From positions 2,232,001 through 2,296,000 of the forward strand of contig CP154954.1 in assembly GCA_039621445.1 (NCBI GenBank): DNA of 64,000 nt. Reading direction: 5' to 3'. This stretch comes from Euglena gracilis (Eukaryota). The notes under the pieces are model-generated. The model was not told the origin of the DNA. It saw nothing but the letters and a program-made list of their open reading frames with translations, and did no database searches. Shown here piece by piece: positions 25,072 to 38,222 of this stretch; position 1 is the stretch's first letter, and every line of letters begins with the position of its first letter. The translations under genes and the position numbers were made by a program.

Positions 25072-26190
25072 GTGAACCGCGCCTGGACTCTTTGCCTCCC
25101 GCCCTCCCCAGCCCTGTGCCCTGCCAACAAAAGGGGGGGGGCAGAGGTGATTCCGGTGCAGAAAAAACCCCGGACGACCAACCCACCCAAAAAGCCAACC
25201 CCTACCCCACAAATCGCCAGAATCCTGGAAAAACTCAGGAATCTTACCCCCCGGGACAAGGCCGAGCTCTCACAGGTGGTGGCAAAAAATCAGGCAGACC
25301 GAGCCGCCCGGGCAAAAAATCGCCCCCCGCCAGCCAGCCCGCTGACAAATGATGTGGTGGATGCGGACGACTGGTCCGTCCTCTCCGCCACCGAAGAATC
25401 CATCGCCGGTGAGTGGGCCGGTAGGGCACGTAAGTACAAGAAGCCTCTCGTAAGGCAATGGCTTACAGAGGTGCAGACAGCCGTACCTACTCCCCCGCCC
25501 TACGCTCCGGGGCGCACGTGGTCGGACCTGGGTGATGACGACGTCGAGCTCATCCTGTATTGCCTTTGTGCTTCGGAGGCCCGGCGGAAGGAAGGGGGGA
25601 AAGCCTGCTGGGGCATTTCAGGGACCAATCTGCTTTTCCTTGCCCGGGAGAGGGAAAACCATCGGAACATCCTGAACTGCGGCGACATCGAGCAAAACCC
25701 TGGACCATCTCCCATGGGGCCAGCGAGCCAGCCGCACCTCCTCACGCCGGATGAGGTTTGGGAAGAAGTCTACTGGAACCGCCAACGCTGGAGGTGGGCA
25801 CGGATCCGCCAACCAGCCATAGACGGCCCGTCGTCTGCCTCGACCACAGCTCCTCCTCGTCATGAGGGGAGAGAATACGCCAAGTGCCTGCTGTGCGGCG
25901 AATTCTTCGGCCTAGACTCTCTTCCGGCACTGGAGTCGCACCGATGCCAGACGGGCGAACAGGTGGGAAATATCTTCTCCATCCCATCAGTGAGGGAGGA
26001 TTCATGGAGGTGGGATCTAGAGCATCTGGAATCCTTGCCAAATGGAGAGTGGTGGTCGATCCGATGCAAAGTCTGTGGGTGGTCGACAGAGACACCGTAC
26101 CCTTCACCCATTGTGGAGCACCTACGCACCTGCCAGCCACCTTCTCTGTCCGACGGTGAAGAGGAGAGCAGCGACGAATGGGAACGATGA
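25072..26190 (+). CDS. Polyprotein N-terminal part: 2A peptide plus two CxxC...HxxC zinc-finger-like motifs
   Basis: RNILNCGDIEQNPGP (core 25681-25707); CLLC...HRC and CKVC...HLRTC; acidic tract continues in the next frame. Confidence 0.7.
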   Translation: MNRAWTLCLPPSPALCPANKRGGAEVIPVQKKPRTTNPPKKPTPTPQIARILEKLRNLTPRDKAELSQVVAKNQADRAARAKNRPPPASPLTNDVVDADDWSVLSATEESIAGEWAGRARKYKKPLVRQWLTEVQTAVPTPPPYAPGRTWSDLGDDDVELILYCLCASEARRKEGGKACWGISGTNLLFLARERENHRNILNCGDIEQNPGPSPMGPASQPHLLTPDEVWEEVYWNRQRWRWARIRQPAIDGPSSASTTAPPRHEGREYAKCLLCGEFFGLDSLPALESHRCQTGEQVGNIFSIPSVREDSWRWDLEHLESLPNGEWWSIRCKVCGWSTETPYPSPIVEHLRTCQPPSLSDGEEESSDEWER

Positions 26191-26557
26191 CGACGACGAC
26201 AGCGACAGCGGCGACCCCAGCGGCCGGAGCCCTGGCTCGTTCACCCCAGCCGACAGCAGCGGAGCTGCAACCTTGGTCGTGCAACCCCAGACACCGGCCG
26301 GGGCCACGGACCTTGGCCTATTAGGTGGCAGACACTCGGCGCACGGTAAACTCCACCATCGCACACCCGCCCCACTCCCATCCCATCTGCCCGCTGCGCC
26401 ATGGGGCTCACAAGACGCCCCGAGAGGACGGTCCACCACCTCCAGACACCGTGGACACGCGGCCGGCTGCTACCCCATGGGGGCTTCCCCACGGGCACAG
26501 AGCGGCAGGGGCGCAGATATCCTCACTACGGGAGACGTGGAGAGCAACCCAGGCCCC

Positions 26558-27000
26558 ACCAACGCCGGGCGGGTTTCTGCCGACCCCTCCCTCCCGGCGC
26601 CGCGCGAAGACTTTATGCTGGACCCGCAGTGGTTCAATGCGGTGGTACGGGCACTGTCGCCCCATAACCCGCCCACCATCGACGCCTTCGCCGACTACAA
26701 CAACAGTCAACTGGATCACTTTTGGTCGCAAAGGGATGATGCCTTCCTCCAGAACTGGAACCTGCCAAACCCTCTGTGGTGCAACCCACCTTTCTCCCTG
26801 CTCCCCCGTGTTTTGGAACACGTCCTCCGCCAAGGGGGCAACATCATTCTCCTTGCACCGGAGTGGTCCACCGCACTAGCCGCCCTGCGGCGCATTTCCA
26901 CGGACTATTTGACCTTGCCGCGGTGCCCTATCTACAGGGCCCGAGGGACAGCGCTACTGCCGGCTCCCGCATGGACGACCACTGCCCTGCGGATCTGCCA
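26558..27000 (+). CDS. N6-adenine DNA methyltransferase domain (phage Dam / DIRS MT type) within ORF 26042-28405
   Basis: EDFMLDPQWF...TIDAFADYNNSQLDHFWS..DDAFLQNW...LWCNPPFSLLPRVL...IILLAPEW; SAM-binding motif followed by NPPF at 26783-26794. Confidence 0.85.
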
Positions 27001-27547
27001 CTCAGGCAGCAACCCCTCATGCGGCGCCCTGCTCCCACCGGGCCTCCACCATGGAGCCGACAGCCGGCAACGCCTGCCACGCCATGCGTGCGCCCCTTAC
27101 CCGCTCGCACCGCTCCTCTCCCCAGGGCAGCAGCGCCTTGTCAGAGCACGTCGATCCACCCATGGCGGCGAAGTCTTCCACCTCGGGGATTACGCCGGCC
27201 GGACGTTCCTTGTCTACCATAATGCCCTTTGGGACATCCGGGGTCCCTCCCCCCGTTGGTGCCAACGCTGTGGGTTGTGGCAATGGCCATGGGACTGCCC
27301 CACGCTACTCCCCCAACATTTCGCCGCTCCCAAACCACCACTCCTGCGCCCAGCTTTCCGGTTGACCCCCACTCCTCACTCCCTCCTCCACAAGCCACGG
27401 GCACCACCGGCTCAAGAGGCTGCGCCCATCTCCCTGCCAAAAAACGGCCTTGGTAGTCCACCCACGAGCGGCGTTCGCGTGCGGAGGGCACACCGCGGAC
27501 GAGGCAGCCTCCTCACCTGTGGCGATGTGGAGGAGAACCCGGGGCCA

Positions 27548-30500
27548 GCCAAGCGCCCGGCCCCCCTGTCACCTCGCGGTGCACCGGCCGCGGCAGATGC
27601 CCGGGACCACGACCACCTCTTCTTGGACCTGGCTCACCCAGAACACGACGCCGCGGTGGTCATTGATAACGCGGGGCAGGAGTCCAACCTCCGGGGGCAG
27701 CCCGCGTACAACCTTGTCGTGGGCCCTTCCCCATGCGACATCACCCACGTACTACAGCAAAAAATCCCAACCCTCATTCACCTTCCCTCCGCCTGCCAAC
27801 AACCTGTCTTTGACACCATGGCAGATGTCATCAACACATACGCACTCGCACCCTCAGACGCCGCTTTATTCGGCGTGCTCTCCTTCCCAAAGCTCGTCCT
27901 CCGGCCGGCGTCAACCACGAAACCGCCCCCAGCAGCGGAGCTGGAGTCCATCCTGATGAGGCGCACCAAACTATTCCGCGAGGGAGACTACACCACCCTT
28001 TTGACGGAAGCACTGAAGGACACGCAGACACGACATTCCATCGTAGAAACCAGGGCGGAAAAACGCTCCAGAACACGGCCGACTGCCCTCAGTGAGGCGA
28101 TAACGAGACGGGTACGCACCCTCACTGCAGAAGGGGCGTCCGCGAAGGCAGTCCAAATACTGCTCTCCGAGGGCGCGCACCAACCAGACGACCCAGACGT
28201 CTGGGTTGCCCTGGAGAAGCTGCATCCTGCCGGCATAAATGTCGACACCAACCGCCTCCCGCGACACATTAGGCCATTCCCTGAGAACCACACCCCGCCC
28301 GGAATGGGAGGACAGGCTGAAGGAGGCCATCCGCCGATTCCCGCGGGGATCTGCACCCGGACCGTCTGGACTGCGGCCCAGCCACCTCCAAGATTGTCTG
28401 CGTAGGCCGGGCCGGGGAGCAAAGCTGATCACTGCCCTGGCGCGGCTGACTCAGGTTTGGGTAGACGGCCAGATACCACCGCACCACGCTGCGGCCTGGT
28501 GCTGCGCGAATCTGACACCTCTCCGTGAGAAGGACAACGGGGTACGACCGGTGGCGGTTGGGGAAACCATTCGGCGCCTGGTGGGGAAGACGCTGCTCCA
28601 GACACGAAATGCCCGGTCTGAGGTGGCAACACTCGCCCCCACACAGGTCGGGGTAGGGGTACGAAACGCGGCCGAAGCCGTCGCCCTGGGCATGCAACAC
28701 CTCGTCATGCAGCTGGGGGATACCTCGCCCTGGGTTTCCCTCCAGGTGGACTACTCCAACGCTTTTAACACATTGGACCGCGGCGCGATCCTCACAGAGG
28801 CTGAGACACGCACCCCCAGCCTGTACAATTTCCTAAGGTTTGCATACAGTGGGCCCGTTCCCCTTTTCTGTGGCGGCCGTTCCATCCTGTCACAACGGGG
28901 GACACACCAAGGCTGCCCTTTGGGCCCCATCGGGTTCGCCCTGGCGCTGCAGCCGCTGCTGGAGCAGATTACCAGGGACGGCCAGCTGCTATGGAACAGC
29001 TGGTACCTGGACGACGGCCTGCTGGTCGGGACCCCGGACAGGATTGAACACTGCCTACGTTTCCTACTGCAAGAGTCCCACCGTGTAGGTCTGGGCCTCA
29101 ACCTGCAAAAATGCGTCATGTGGGGCCCGGGAGCGAGGAGCACGCCCAGCTGTGACAGAATGCAAGTAGTCCCTTGGGCACAAGGGGAAGGTATCACCGT
29201 CCTTGGTATCCCAGTTGACCACCCTGCGTCCTCGGACACTACCAAGACAGCGTGGGAAGACGCCGCCGCCAAAATCGAAAAGGCCTCCTCTACCATTACT
29301 GCCCTGACCGACGCCCAGGTAGCGCATCACCTGCTCCGGAGCTGCCTGGACGGCTGCAAGGTGAACCACCTCCTGCGTGCGTCCAACTCATATGGCAGTC
29401 CAGACCAAGTAAGGAGCTGATCGGAGGTGATCATGAACGCCTTCGAGGATGTTCTGGGCACTTCGCTGAATTCGCAACATCGGACCCAGGCCTCGCTGCC
29501 CCTATCCAGTGGCGGCTGCGGCCTCCGCATTCCGTCCTACACTCAGCCTGCAGCAAGGATCTCCTGCCTCGCAGACTTCTACTCCGATGGGGCCCGGCGA
29601 GTGGGTGTGCCCGACTACGCAACCGGCCCGCAACTGTCCCTTGTCACGCCCGCATTGGACGACCTCAGGGGCAGGCTGGGAGCGAATCATGCCACAGTTA
29701 CCGCTTTCCTCAACAACCCACAGCGAATTGCCTCCGCGGACCAAGAACCACGGAAACAAAAGTGGTGGAACCATGAGCTGGGCAAGAAGGCAATGGACGA
29801 CCTGGTGGACCAGGCCCGGCCCCGGGACCAGAACCGCCTCCTTGAACAGGCCACGGGGTTTGGACACGGCTGGATGGCGGCTACCCCCTCGCACAACTCC
29901 CACACCACCTTCTCCAGCGAGGAATACACCCTGGGACTGAAATGGTGGCTGGGTCTCCCGGTTTTGAATGACATCAGCCAGCCGTGCACAGGATGCGGCC
30001 AGCCCCTGGATAAGGAAGGCGACCACCTCCTCTGCTGCTGCAGGAACAACTTCGCAACCCGCCACAACGCTGTTCAGGAGGCCCTATTTTAAACCTTGTC
30101 CAACAGCGGGCAGCGGGTGCAGAAGGAGGTTTCACTCCCGACGGCCCGAGACAGCCATCTCCGCCCTGCGGACCTCCTCCTGGACTGCTGGTCTGAGGGG
30201 AAGCCGACGGCGCTGGACGTCACCGTCTGCCACGGTTGGCAGGCAACAGAACACGCCGCAACCCGGGAACGCTGGAGATCCTTCCTGAAGAGGAGGGAGG
30301 ATGCCAAAAAGCAAAAATACAACATCCCATGTCAGCAAGCAGGGTGGGGCTTCACGCCTTTCGCCCTTGGCACATGGGGCGGCATGGGACCGGAAACGGC
30401 CAAGACACTAAGCAGAGTCGCCAAACGCGCCTCGTCCTGGCAACAGGGCGCCGAGCGCGAAACCAAGGAGGCGGAAACATACCAAAATGTGGCCATCGCC

Positions 30501-30551
30501 CTGCTCCGAGAGGTATTCCACCTCCTACAACCCAAGCACTTACTTCGTTAA
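27548..30551 (+). pseudogene. RT-zinc knuckle-RLE module (frameshift ~28300, stops at 29418 and 30088)
   Basis: APGPSGL, LQVDYSNAFN, GTHQGCPLGP, WYLDDG, CTGC..GDHLLCC, RPADLLL..ALDVT. Confidence 0.92.
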
Positions 30552-30622
30552 TGACAAAAAAAAAAGAGCCGCCGCAACACAAGCACCTACTTCGTTAATG
30601 ACAAAAAAAAAAGAGCCACAGC

Positions 30623-30624
<2 letters not shown>

Positions 30625-30709
<85 letters not shown>
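30625..30709. repeat. (CA)n microsatellite after a ~48-bp tandem duplication spanning the stop codon
   Basis: Seen directly. Confidence 0.9.
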
Positions 30710-30711
<2 letters not shown>

Positions 30712-30978
30712 CCACCAACCGCCCCCGCCCGCGCCCCGTTGCCCACCTCTCCCCCACCAACCGACGACCATACCAGACGGATCGCAGCGCCGCCCTGCCC
30801 CTCACCCCAGCCCTCCCCCTGCACCTTATATTGAAGATGGGCTTTGCCCGTTTTCCTCCCTCCTAGCCCCTCGACACTTGTACAGGAGAGGCTTTTATTC
30901 CGCACGTGAAGTATTTCCGTTCACTTTTAATCCGCCGCTCTTAAACCGTTTTAGACCGCCGAAACAAGGACCCCCTGT

Positions 30979-31306
30979 CGGCTCGGCACGGCTCGGCACG
31001 GCTCGGCACGGCTCGGCACGGCTCGGCACGGCTCGGCACGGCTCGGCACGGCTCGGCACGGCTCGGCACGGCTCGGCACGGCTCGGCACGGCTCGGCACG
31101 GCTCGGCACGGCTCGGCACGGCTCGGCACGGCTCGCACGTGTCTCGCGCGTGTCGTGCCCGCGCGTCGCCCGTGCGAGCGTGTCGCCCGTGTCGGCGTGC
31201 TGTTCTTTGCCGTCGGGACGGGTCACCGCGAGCCGTTGCACCCGCCTGTCACTTGGGCGGTTTCACTTCGATTCTCGCTGGCCTTACCCAGAGGGGTGTG
31301 GGCCCT
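30979..31306. repeat. 10-bp satellite (GGCTCGGCAC)n element, inverted copy of 22518-22763
   Basis: Seen directly. Confidence 0.9.
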
Positions 31307-31360
31307 TTTCTATTTTTTTTTGCGTCGGAGATGGTGCTACCATGTCCTCTTCCGAGGGTC

Positions 31361-34300
31361 TCACCTCGGGCGGGTGCACTGGATGCGAATGGGGCCGACT
31401 AGGGTCCCATCCTCGGCGTGACGCACTCTTTGCCATCCTTCCATGTCCACCGCCGCCACTCCGGTGGCTCCTTGTATGCTCCTGGTTCTCGACGGCATCT
31501 CTTGCGGCGTGGCTGTTGGAGGTAACTCCTCTTGCCCTCTGGTTGTAGCGGCGGCAGAGAGCTGTTCCGCCACAAAGGCCATCAAGGTTGCGGATATACG
31601 TTGCCAAATGTCTGCGGCCATGTGCTGCCTTGCCCATCCTTGCTTGTCACCAAGGGCTTGCTTCACCAGACGGCCAAGGAGACCAGACCCCAATGGGCCC
31701 AGGCCTGACCACGGATGGAAGGACAGAGGGCTGAATAACCATCCTGCGGCTTCACATACCGGTTGGTTCTTCGTGACCTTCTTGTGTTCCATTGCTGCCA
31801 TGTTCTTTAAAGCAATAATCTCGTCCCACGACAAATCTTTCCGGAGGGGGTGGAACACTACGAGGTCGACTGCCAACGGCCCCACAGGGTCAACCCCTTG
31901 TAGGGCGACATCCGCTGGGCGCATCTTCCCACCGATGGCCACCTCTGTCTTGGTGTGCACACCATGTTCTCTGAGGACCATTGCCAGCGCGTCCCGCACA
32001 GCGTTGTGACGTTGCACGAGTTTGTTCTTTTTGCAGCATAGCAGGTGGTCCCCAAAGGGATCCATGGAGTCCCCACACAGGGGGCAAGGAGCACCAGACG
32101 AGCCCGGGAGGACCTTGGCGCCGAGCCACCATCGGAGGAGGAGGCGGTACGGTACTTTGTTGCTGGGATTTTGGTTCCCATGCCTTTGTTTGGTATCGTT
32201 TGGAGCCAGGCGGTTGTATGGGGCATCGATTGCAGTCGGAGGCGGCATTTGTCTCGTTGTGGCAAGATGTTCTTCAAAGCTTCTTTCCTTGCTTGGTGCA
32301 CTTTGTCTGTCCACCATTGCTGCCTTCTGTGGTCTTCTTCAACGTCCGATGGTTGATTCTTCTCAATCCAATCTGGCAGTGGCTCGAACTGAGGGCCGAG
32401 TGTGCCACGCGAGATCCACGGCCACCTTCTTGAAATCAGGGGGCAAGGCGCAGGCCTCGGGCGGAAACCGTAACATTTGTGACCGCTGTTGTGCACATAG
32501 AATCCCTGCCATTCTGGCCGGTGCTTGGAGGACGAGGGGATCCTTCACCCCGAGGCCGGCCATGCGTAGGGGGAGTGCACACTGTGTCCATTGTGCATCA
32601 TTTGATGCCGGCTGGCCCATGATGTCATCCCAGGTCTTCCGGATGATCCGCGCCGCTGCTTGGATTGGCTCCTGTAGGGTGTCCATGTTCATGGTTCGTA
32701 GGAAATGCATCACCTTGCAGGCATCAAGACAATATCGCAAGAGCACATGCTCAACCTGAGGATCTCCCACGTTGGTGAGGACGTGACATGCTTCTTGGAG
32801 CTTGTCCACTGCCCCTTGCATCTCGGCTTTGCGGAAGGATGTTGAAAGTGGGTGTTCCACTGGGAAGCCGAGGACCCGCAGCCCGTGGTCTGGCATCCAC
32901 GGTACCCGCGGAATTGATCGCAACAAATCGAAATGGCTTCCATTTGATGTCGGTGTCTGTGCAGGACCCCACAGGCGGCATTTTTGGAGGTTGAGATGCA
33001 CGCCAAGATGTGCAGAACTCACGCTGATGGATGCCAATGCTGCCGCCAAGGTGTCCATGGAACCCACCAGGTGACCATCATCCAGATACCACACGTTCAT
33101 CTTCAAATCTTTGGGCAGCGCCAGGACCACATCTTGCCACGCCAATGCAAAGAAGAGGGGACCCAAAGGGTCTCCTTGCTGCACTCCTTGCTCACTCGTC
33201 ATTCGGTGTCCATGGTTGTAGAGGGCGGAGTGCTGAGCGTAAGACAAACGTGCCCATGCCTCAAGCTCTGGGGCCCGAATGCGTACTGCTTTCAGGAGGG
33301 CTTGCCGGTCAATTGCGTTGAACGCGTTTTGTAGGTCCACTTGCAGGATTGCCCATGCATCTCCTTGGCCGTGTTCTGCAAAGGATTGCACCCCTTGGGC
33401 TATGGTCTCACAAGCCCCTTCGGTGGTGACTCCACATTGATGCGGGTGCAGCTCTGATGCCCGTTGCTTGACACACGGTGAGGTCATGGCGAACTTGCCT
33501 ACAAAGCGGCGGAGGGTGTTCCCCACTGCAATGGGGCGAATGTTCAGACTGTCATTGGGGCCGTCCTTCCTCAATGGAATCAAGGTGGCCGATGAGATGA
33601 AGGGCATTGCTTGTGATGGCAGTGACCCTTCCAGGGCCGCTTTGGAGAACGTGCGCAGCGCTGCCAACACCATTGCCGCTGCACCGGCGTCCACACGCAC
33701 TACATCCTGGAGGTGTTGGGGTCGGAGTCCATCAGGGCCTGCAGCGGCTGCTCTTGGAAAAGAGAGTAACGTCTCACGGAGAAACTTATTCAAGTCATGC
33801 TGCTCTTGAGAGGATTCCTCCTTCGGGAATGGAAACACTTTGGAGACAGGCTCCACAAAGATGACTTCTGGCCTTCTTGGATGCAGGTCTCTGAGCTTTG
33901 CCTGCACCTTGTGGTCCAACGGATCGTGCAACCCATCAGACATGAGATGGCGCACCGCCTTGCCAAATGCTCCATCTTCCATCAAGCCCCGCAGCGTGTT
34001 CAGGAATGGGGCTTCCTGCAGCCTGTCCACTTTGTCCTCTAGGGATGGGGATGCCGTGCTTTTTTGCTTCTTGCGGTCCGGCCGAGGAATGCCTTGGCGA
34101 AACTCGTCCCACAAAGAAGCCAGGTCACCTGCCTTGAAGCGATCAACTCGTGATCTGATGAGTTGGGCGGCTTGTCCCTTGTGGCCCTTGCCACCTCGAG
34201 GCGACCAGAGGGTCACCTTTTGAAACAGGGCCCAATCTCGGAGTGCCTCCCACGATCGTTCAGAGCAGAGGCGCTGTTGCAGCTCAGCCCAGGCCACGCC

Positions 34301-35827
34301 CCACAATGTGACAGCCGCACGCGGGATGTGCCGGAACAGGGGCCTTGTGGTGGACAGAATCTCGTGAATTGCTGATGACATAAGCGCATTTGGGGCGTCC
34401 AATGGTGTGGATGGAGGCATGTGGTTGCTTGACGATGAGCTCGCGGCTGCATGGGCCGGTGGTGGGTGGCTTGCCGGCGGGAGACGGGTTGGGGTGGAGT
34501 CCGGTCGCACACGGTAGCAATTCTCACTTGCACACCGTTTGCCTTCTGGGAGGAGCTTGAGGCAATGTCCACACACCCAGCGTTGTGCGTCCCGCAACCA
34601 AGCAGACGAAGGCATCTCTCCTGCGGCGACGTGGACCATTGCTACATGGTTTGTGGCGAGCCGCTTTGTGTTCCATCCTTGAAAGCTGTGTCGGAGGGAC
34701 TTGCAGCAGTGAGGAAACGGGCAATGGAAAAGGCCTGGGCCCTCTTCCTCGGAATCTGAGGAATCTGGACCGCGTTCTGCTCTTCGCTTACGTGCCCGGT
34801 GGTTTGGTCCTGCTGATGCGGAAGCTGCGGAGGAGGCGGACGGTGGTGGAGGCGCCAGGTTGATGACCGCTGCTGATTGATTCACCGCCATGAAAGCTGC
34901 CCCTGGATCTGAAGGCGAAGTCGGCCCTGGATTTGACTCGACATCTCCATCATTGCAGAGGTCCCGCATCCATGAACTTTGTGCTTGAAATGAGGACACT
35001 TGAAGACCTGGATCGCAAATGTGGAACCATGGAGGGAAAGCCAGGGAGGGGATGGAAAGGGGACGAATGGGGATGGGAGATGGGGGCGAAAGGTAGCTCG
35101 GGATCGTGGCGATTGAGGTTGGTGGGCGAAAGTGAATGGTGGTGGGTGGACCGTGGCGGGGACGGGGTTGGGCGCATCTTGGGGTGGGAGGGGGGGGCGA
35201 GCCAGCAGTGGGGACTGCGGCAGCACCATGGGGAGGGTCAGGCCCGCCCGGGCTCACCGAGGGAGAGATCCTTGGTGGCGTCTCCCTCGGATCCTCGCCC
35301 AACGTAAACCCCGTCACGGTGGGGGCCAGCCTGCTGGTGCTTTGGGGCGCTGGGGGGGACGGGTCCGCGGGATGGCCAGCAGAGGGGACTGCGGCAGCAC
35401 CATGGGGAGGGACAGGCCCGCCCGGGCTCACCGAGGGAGAGATCCTTGGTGGCGTCTCCCTCGGATCCTCGCCCAACGTAAACCCCGTCACGGTGGGGGC
35501 CAGCCTGCTGGTGCTTTGGGGCGTTGGGGGGGACGGGTTCGCGGGATGGCCAGCAGTGGGGGCTGTGGCAGCACCATGGGGAGGGACAGGCCCGCCCGGG
35601 CTCACCGAGGGAGAGATCCTTGGCGGCGTCTCCCTGGGATCCTCGCCCAACGTAAACCCCGTCACGGTGGGGGCCAGCCTGCTGGTGCTTTGGGGCGGTG
35701 GGGGGAATGGGGCTGCCCTCGGGGGGGAGGCGCAGGGAGACTCGCCCGGGCTCACCGGGGGTGGGATCCTTGGTGGCATCACCCCCGGGTCACGGCCCTT
35801 GCTACTCACTGGTTGGGCGCATCTCAT
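31361..35827 (-). pseudogene. CRE-like retrotransposon polyprotein: Pro-rich repeats, 2A, zinc fingers, RT, RLE (frameshifts near 32400 and 32190)
   Basis: DLCNDGDVESNPGP (34922-34948); CPFPHC...HVAMVH; AAGPDGL, LQVDLQNAFN, GVQQGDPLGP, WYLDDG; CPLC..GDHLLCC, RPADV..LAVD. Confidence 0.92.
35205..35700. repeat. 174-bp (58-aa) in-frame tandem repeat, about 3 copies, upstream of 2A
   Basis: QSTSRLAPTVTGFTLGEDPRETPPRISPSVSPGGP repeated. Confidence 0.9.
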
Positions 35828-36139
35828 AGTGGGGGCGTCCCCCTCTGGGGGCCCTGGGCGGCGGGCGGGGCGGGGCGCCTCTTGACAAATGGGTGGATCA
35901 GGGGCGTCCCCCTGTCCTGGGAAGGTTGGAAGGGGTGGGAAGGCGGGGCAGGGAATGGTAGGCAGGGGCGGAGATGACTGGAGGTGGACGTTCAGATTCG
36001 TATTGTGAATTCAATTCTGATGAATTAGGAATACCCAGATTCGCGGGATTCGCGGGGAAAAAACCCTGTCGGAGTTTTGGTGACCGGATTAAAACCGCGA
36101 AATTTCCGCCCTGGAAACCAAAGGCCCCTCGGCCCCTCG

Positions 36140-36877
36140 GTACAGAAAGGCACAACTGTGTTCGTGACGCCATTTTTGACCTGTGCCAGCGCTCCGGCAT
36201 CACTCTTCGCAAAGAACAGGGATGCGAGGGTGGCACCCGTGACGCTGATCTCCTTCTCCTGGGGTGGAACAAAGGGAAGCATCTCGCTGTGGATGTCACC
36301 ATTGAACACCCGCTGGCCCCATCACGGTGGCCTCTGAACTTGACCCGAGTTCAGCGCACTTTACCAGACGCTGAAATGCACAAGAGAACACAAGCTGAAG
36401 AACGGTGCGCCCGCCACCAGTGGGAGTACATCGGGGCTGCATTTAACCCCTGGGGTTGCACAGGACCGGCAGCCTCCAAACTGCTACGCGATGTCTTACG
36501 CCTCGCGACCAATTCATATTCTGGAACAGCCAAACAACGAAAACTTCAGGAATTGACCGAAAACCTGGCCATCACCCTGGCCCGTGCAGTTGCACGGCAG
36601 CTGCGGTTGGCCGAAAGAGCCACAGATCGTATGATCTTGAACTCATAAGGTGAAAATGCTCCACGTTGCACCAGCTTTCCGGAGCCACAAAGCCGGAGAA
36701 CACCACCGCGCATGCACACTTCACACCTCTCCACCCATCATTGCTCTCTGCTTGGGCTTTGCCCTTGCTCTCACCGCTCGACCCACGCTCCTTCGTTGTA
36801 TATAGCCTCGCACCCTCGAACACTCAAATCCAGTAGGCTGTGCCACTGGTCGGTGGATTCGGTTCGCCCCACCACCG
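36140..36877 (+). mobile_element. 5'-truncated CRE-like element: RLE domain, 3' UTR and conserved terminus
   Basis: RHNCVRDAIF...RDADLLL..LAVDVT to stop at 36648; 54-nt terminus at 36824-36877. Confidence 0.85.
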
Positions 36878-36888
36878 CAACTTTCTGA

Positions 36889-38181
36889 GGGGGCGTTTGG
36901 CCGGACCAACCTAGCCGGCCGGCAGACCAACCTAGCCGGCTGGCAGACCAACCTAGCCGACCAACATACCGGCTGTCCAGCCGTCCGTCCGGATGAAAGC
37001 CACTGTCGCTAGCCGCCTGGCTATCCAGACCAACGCCGCACGCAGTGATGGCCGGATAAGAAGTCAGTGTTTTCACCGGAGGGTGACCACGTTCGTCCGG
37101 GCCGAAGGTCGCACAGGTGATGTTCGGACCGAAAATACGTCCGGACAAGGCGACCCGGCCCCAAAAAAACTTGCGGCCCTTGGTTCCCTTCCTTGAAAAA
37201 ATATCGCCAATAAAACTGGCCCAAAACCTGGCCACTCATCGGTTCCAAAAATGGCCACCACAAACCCTCCAAAACTGACCCATTTGCCATACTCAGAAAC
37301 TGCACCTCCCCAATTTTTTTAGCTTTCGTGTGCAAAGTGGACTTGTTCCACAGCAAAAAAAACACTGTAAGAAACAAAAAAAAACAAGTTTCAGAAGAAA
37401 ACAAGCATCTCATGATAAAACGTTTCTGGTCAAAATCTGGCACCATCTGGCCCAAAACTGGCCACCACATCTAGCCCAAAACTGGCCAACACATGTGGTC
37501 CAAAAACTGGCCACCACATCTGGCCCAAAACTGGCCAACACATGTGGTCCAAAAACTGGCCACCATCTGGCCCAAAAATCGCCAAAATCTTCGGAATCTT
37601 CAAAATCCCTTCACATTTGGCACATTGGCACAAAAAGTTCCTCGGTTTCCTTTATTCTGCGGCTATTTTGTAAACAGAAACAAAAAGAAAAGGCAAGAAA
37701 CCAAACACAGTTCACAGAAACAGACCGACTTAAAGTCAGTTCTGCAGCAGTCAGCAGCATAAGGCCAAATAAGCCCCAGCACTAAGGCTAGAGGCATTGT
37801 CCACCAGGGAACGTATACATACTCTTGCACCAGCATTGTCCACCAGGGAACATACCCTTGCAAATAGTCCTCCACTTCACCTTGGTCCTGTACTTCGACT
37901 TACAAGTTGTACTTAAACTTGAAACTTGACAAATTGTACTTGATAATCCCAGCTTGTAACTAGAACCCCGCCAGGGGTCTCAGCCATGACATCGAAAAAA
38001 AACAAGCAGAAAAGATACAGTAATTAGGAATAAGTTCACTATCGCGATTTTGAGACCAACCTAGCCGTCCGTCCGTCCAGACCAAAATGCACCCTGTCCA
38101 GCCGTCCGTCCAGATGAAAGGAATTTTCTCTAGCCGTCCGTCCGTCCGTCCGTCCGTCCGTCCGTCCGTCCTCACGCCTCC
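36889..38181. mobile_element. Composite MITE-like insertion, 3-bp TSD (TGA)
   Basis: Termini GGGGGCGT / ACGCCTCC; TSD at 36886-36888 and 38182-38184; subterminal ACCAACCTAGCCG and (CCGT)n repeats; splits a partial SL ACTTTCTGA|GTG. Confidence 0.65.
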
Positions 38182-38196
38182 TGAGTGCTCGGTACC

Positions 38197-38222
38197 TCTT
38201 TCTGAGTGTCTATTTTTTTTCG
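38197..38222 (+). other. Euglenid spliced-leader exon copy
   Basis: TCTTTCTGAGTGTCTATTTTTTTTCG, 25/26 match to the Euglena SL as I recall it. Confidence 0.88.

Larger units (their letters stand above)
24814..30900 (+). mobile_element. CRE-like non-LTR retrotransposon with three 2A peptides and an adenine methyltransferase domain
   Basis: Consecutive ORFs 25072-30551 join through two frameshifts and two in-frame stops into one polyprotein; outer boundaries approximate. Confidence 0.85.

Noticed and set aside
27497-27547. T2A match as vector contamination
   Set aside because: Embedded in a native element with six other diverged 2A variants nearby; no vector sequence
31308-31324. TCTATTTTTTTTTGCG as another SL relic
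   Set aside because: Low-complexity match lacking CTGAGTG
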